From NCBI GenBank assembly GCA_051942245.1, contig JAVECL010000023.1, forward strand, positions 1 through 64,000: a stretch of DNA of 64,000 bases. The letters are read 5' to 3'. Positions 62,398 to 64,000 of this stretch are shown in pieces; the stretch's first letter is position 1; every line of letters starts with the position of its first letter. A program made the position numbers and the translations under genes. The notes beneath the pieces are model-generated. The model searched no databases. It had not been told where the DNA came from and was given only the letters and a program-made list of their open reading frames with translations. The DNA is from Trypethelium eluteriae (taxonomy: Eukaryota).

Positions 62398-63665
62398 GCT
62401 GTCTGTGGAAAGGTTAGTGACAGTCCAATCTTGCTTGTTTTCTCCTCAAATCGCGAGCATCTCTCCTCGGCCACGCGTCAAGCAGCACCAATCGCCCTTT
62501 CGGGAATGCAAGTGACTGGGGCCTTTGTCACGCGATTCCTGCAGGCTATAGGAGATGCCAGAATTGAGGCAGAGTTTCCACTTACCGGTTAAGCAGAAGC
62601 TACAGTTACTAGTTTCAAGAGCGGTAGAGTGGATCAGAACCCAGAAGGCAACGCGCAACCGCACTTTTGAGAAGCACGGCGCAACGGCGGGTTTTGAAAA
62701 ACCAAGGCTCAGCTAGCAGGTCCAATGGTAGAGAATGTGGATGAAGCTGCGGATATCAGCAAAGAGCGTTGGGTAAGAAAAGTAGACGTGAGCGGATAGA
62801 AAGAACTGGCGAAGAGGTGGGGATCAGGGCAGAAAGGATGGGCGAGGACGCGAAGTCCATGGCCTTGTGCACGTCGTCCCAGAATGGAAGATATCCAATA
62901 TTGGATGACGGAGCGCTAGCAGGTCTCCAAGGCGGTCGCCCAGAGAGGCGGTCGCGATGCTCTATCGGTCAATCTATCTGGACCTGGGGGGGCAGTCACG
63001 ACGAGTATCAGATCACCAAACGGAAACATGGAACTTAGACCATGTTCCTGACAGATCTGGCTAGCAAATCTAGTATTCGCCATCGTCCACGCAGATGAAC
63101 TCACGATCTCCAAGTTTCGGCTGTTATTCTCAACCAAAAGTGTGCCTATTGTGTGAAGATGTAAAGGTGAGAAATTGAGGAACTGATTTGGAGTTTTAAA
63201 GCATGGGACGGCAGAATGTCGGACCCTGGCCGTGGCCGGGATAAGAATGAGGTAATTAGCTGGACCCTGCATTGGTGCCTGGTGAATCACTCACCGCCTT
63301 CGATTCCGAGCCTCACTTCCAGCCAGCATCGACTCCCGCAGAGCCGCAGCGGCCAACAGCCAACGTGATTCTCCCGCCCTACCTACCTTGGTAGACACAT
63401 TGAGGAACCTCTCGGACTGCGATTATACGCTCTGCCCCTGTCACTCAATAGTTTGCCAGCTTGATAAACTGCGGCTATCGTCTCGGTCTTCATAGCTCTG
63501 GATCGGACAAGACGTTCCTAGCTGTCTTACTCACTTCAGTAACCCTCATTCAAGGAAGAACATCATCCTTTACAGTTGAGAAAACTGTGAGAGATCGAAC
63601 TTGATCTTTGTACGACCTAAGCCCGACCAGTGGAGCTGTAGAGAAGGCGCCTAGGTGGATCAGTT

Positions 63666-64000
63666 ATGCCTGCCATGCCTGCGCTTATTGAGCCGCGGGA
63701 TGATTTAACTGCCGCTGTTCAGCAGGTAGCGTTCCTTGAAGATCTGTGAATATGTACTATTGCAGCTAAGCTCGCCGTAGATTATGCTATCCTCTTCAGA
63801 CAATGACTACATAGACCAACTCATTCCCGTTATGAAGGATGCGCGTCAAACAGACCGAGCAGCTCAGCTTATTCAGGCATTGAACCAAGTTTCCAGTGAT
63901 CGGGAGGCTGACATCGAGCGGATATGTAACACGAACTCTCAAGATTTCATTTCCTCCGTGGATCAGCTCCAACGTGTCCGAGAGGGCACCCTTTCCCTGA
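63666..64000 (+). CDS. SEC15: 5' part of exocyst subunit Sec15 (runs off the window)
   Basis: MPAMPALIEPRDDLTAAVQQ, intron, IMLSSSDNDYIDQLIPVMK...DREADIERICNTNSQDFISSVDQL, resembling fungal Sec15 N-termini. Confidence 0.8.

Noticed and set aside
1..64000. Transposons, RIP-degraded blocks, CRISPR arrays, rRNA, PKS/NRPS cluster, TGA-CTA readthrough signals
   Set aside because: No transposase or RT motifs, long AT-rich tracts, spaced repeat arrays or backbone enzymes were seen; the stop codons I inspected (PhyH, GET4, RAI1) lack a readthrough context.

Overview
Gene-dense euchromatic window from a filamentous ascomycete (Pezizomycotina), inferred from short GT-AG introns with CTRAY branch points and fungal-type proteins. 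It holds about 25 protein-coding genes and one intronless tRNA-Gly(CCC). Recognisable genes: DCP1, an OCRL-like inositol 5-phosphatase, a PhyH dioxygenase, a three-exon SPO12-family gene absent from the ORF track, HsbA, a UBA/UIM protein with a probable pseudo-USP body, a Cdc34-class E2, GET4, a GNAT acetyltransferase, RAI1, SMP3, a PAF-acetylhydrolase, SAC3, a DUF2841-like gene, YCF1, a PTH11-like membrane protein, an STL1-like transporter, RMP1, GPI7, a MEI2-like RRM gene and the start of SEC15. I found no intact transposon, CRISPR array, rRNA or secondary-metabolite backbone gene. Best leads: (1) an orphan whose spliced C-terminus aligns without gaps to the APC16 C-terminal helix; (2) a probably catalytically dead USP25/28-like protein; (3) a long hairpin-forming intron before a 30-nt microexon in YCF1; (4) a multi-intron, uORF-bearing MEI2 leader; (5) a recurrent intergenic TACGGAGTA mini-hairpin motif; (6) a convergent orphan plus GNAT gene pair. 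All family assignments are from recalled motifs, not database searches, and exon structures are manual predictions.
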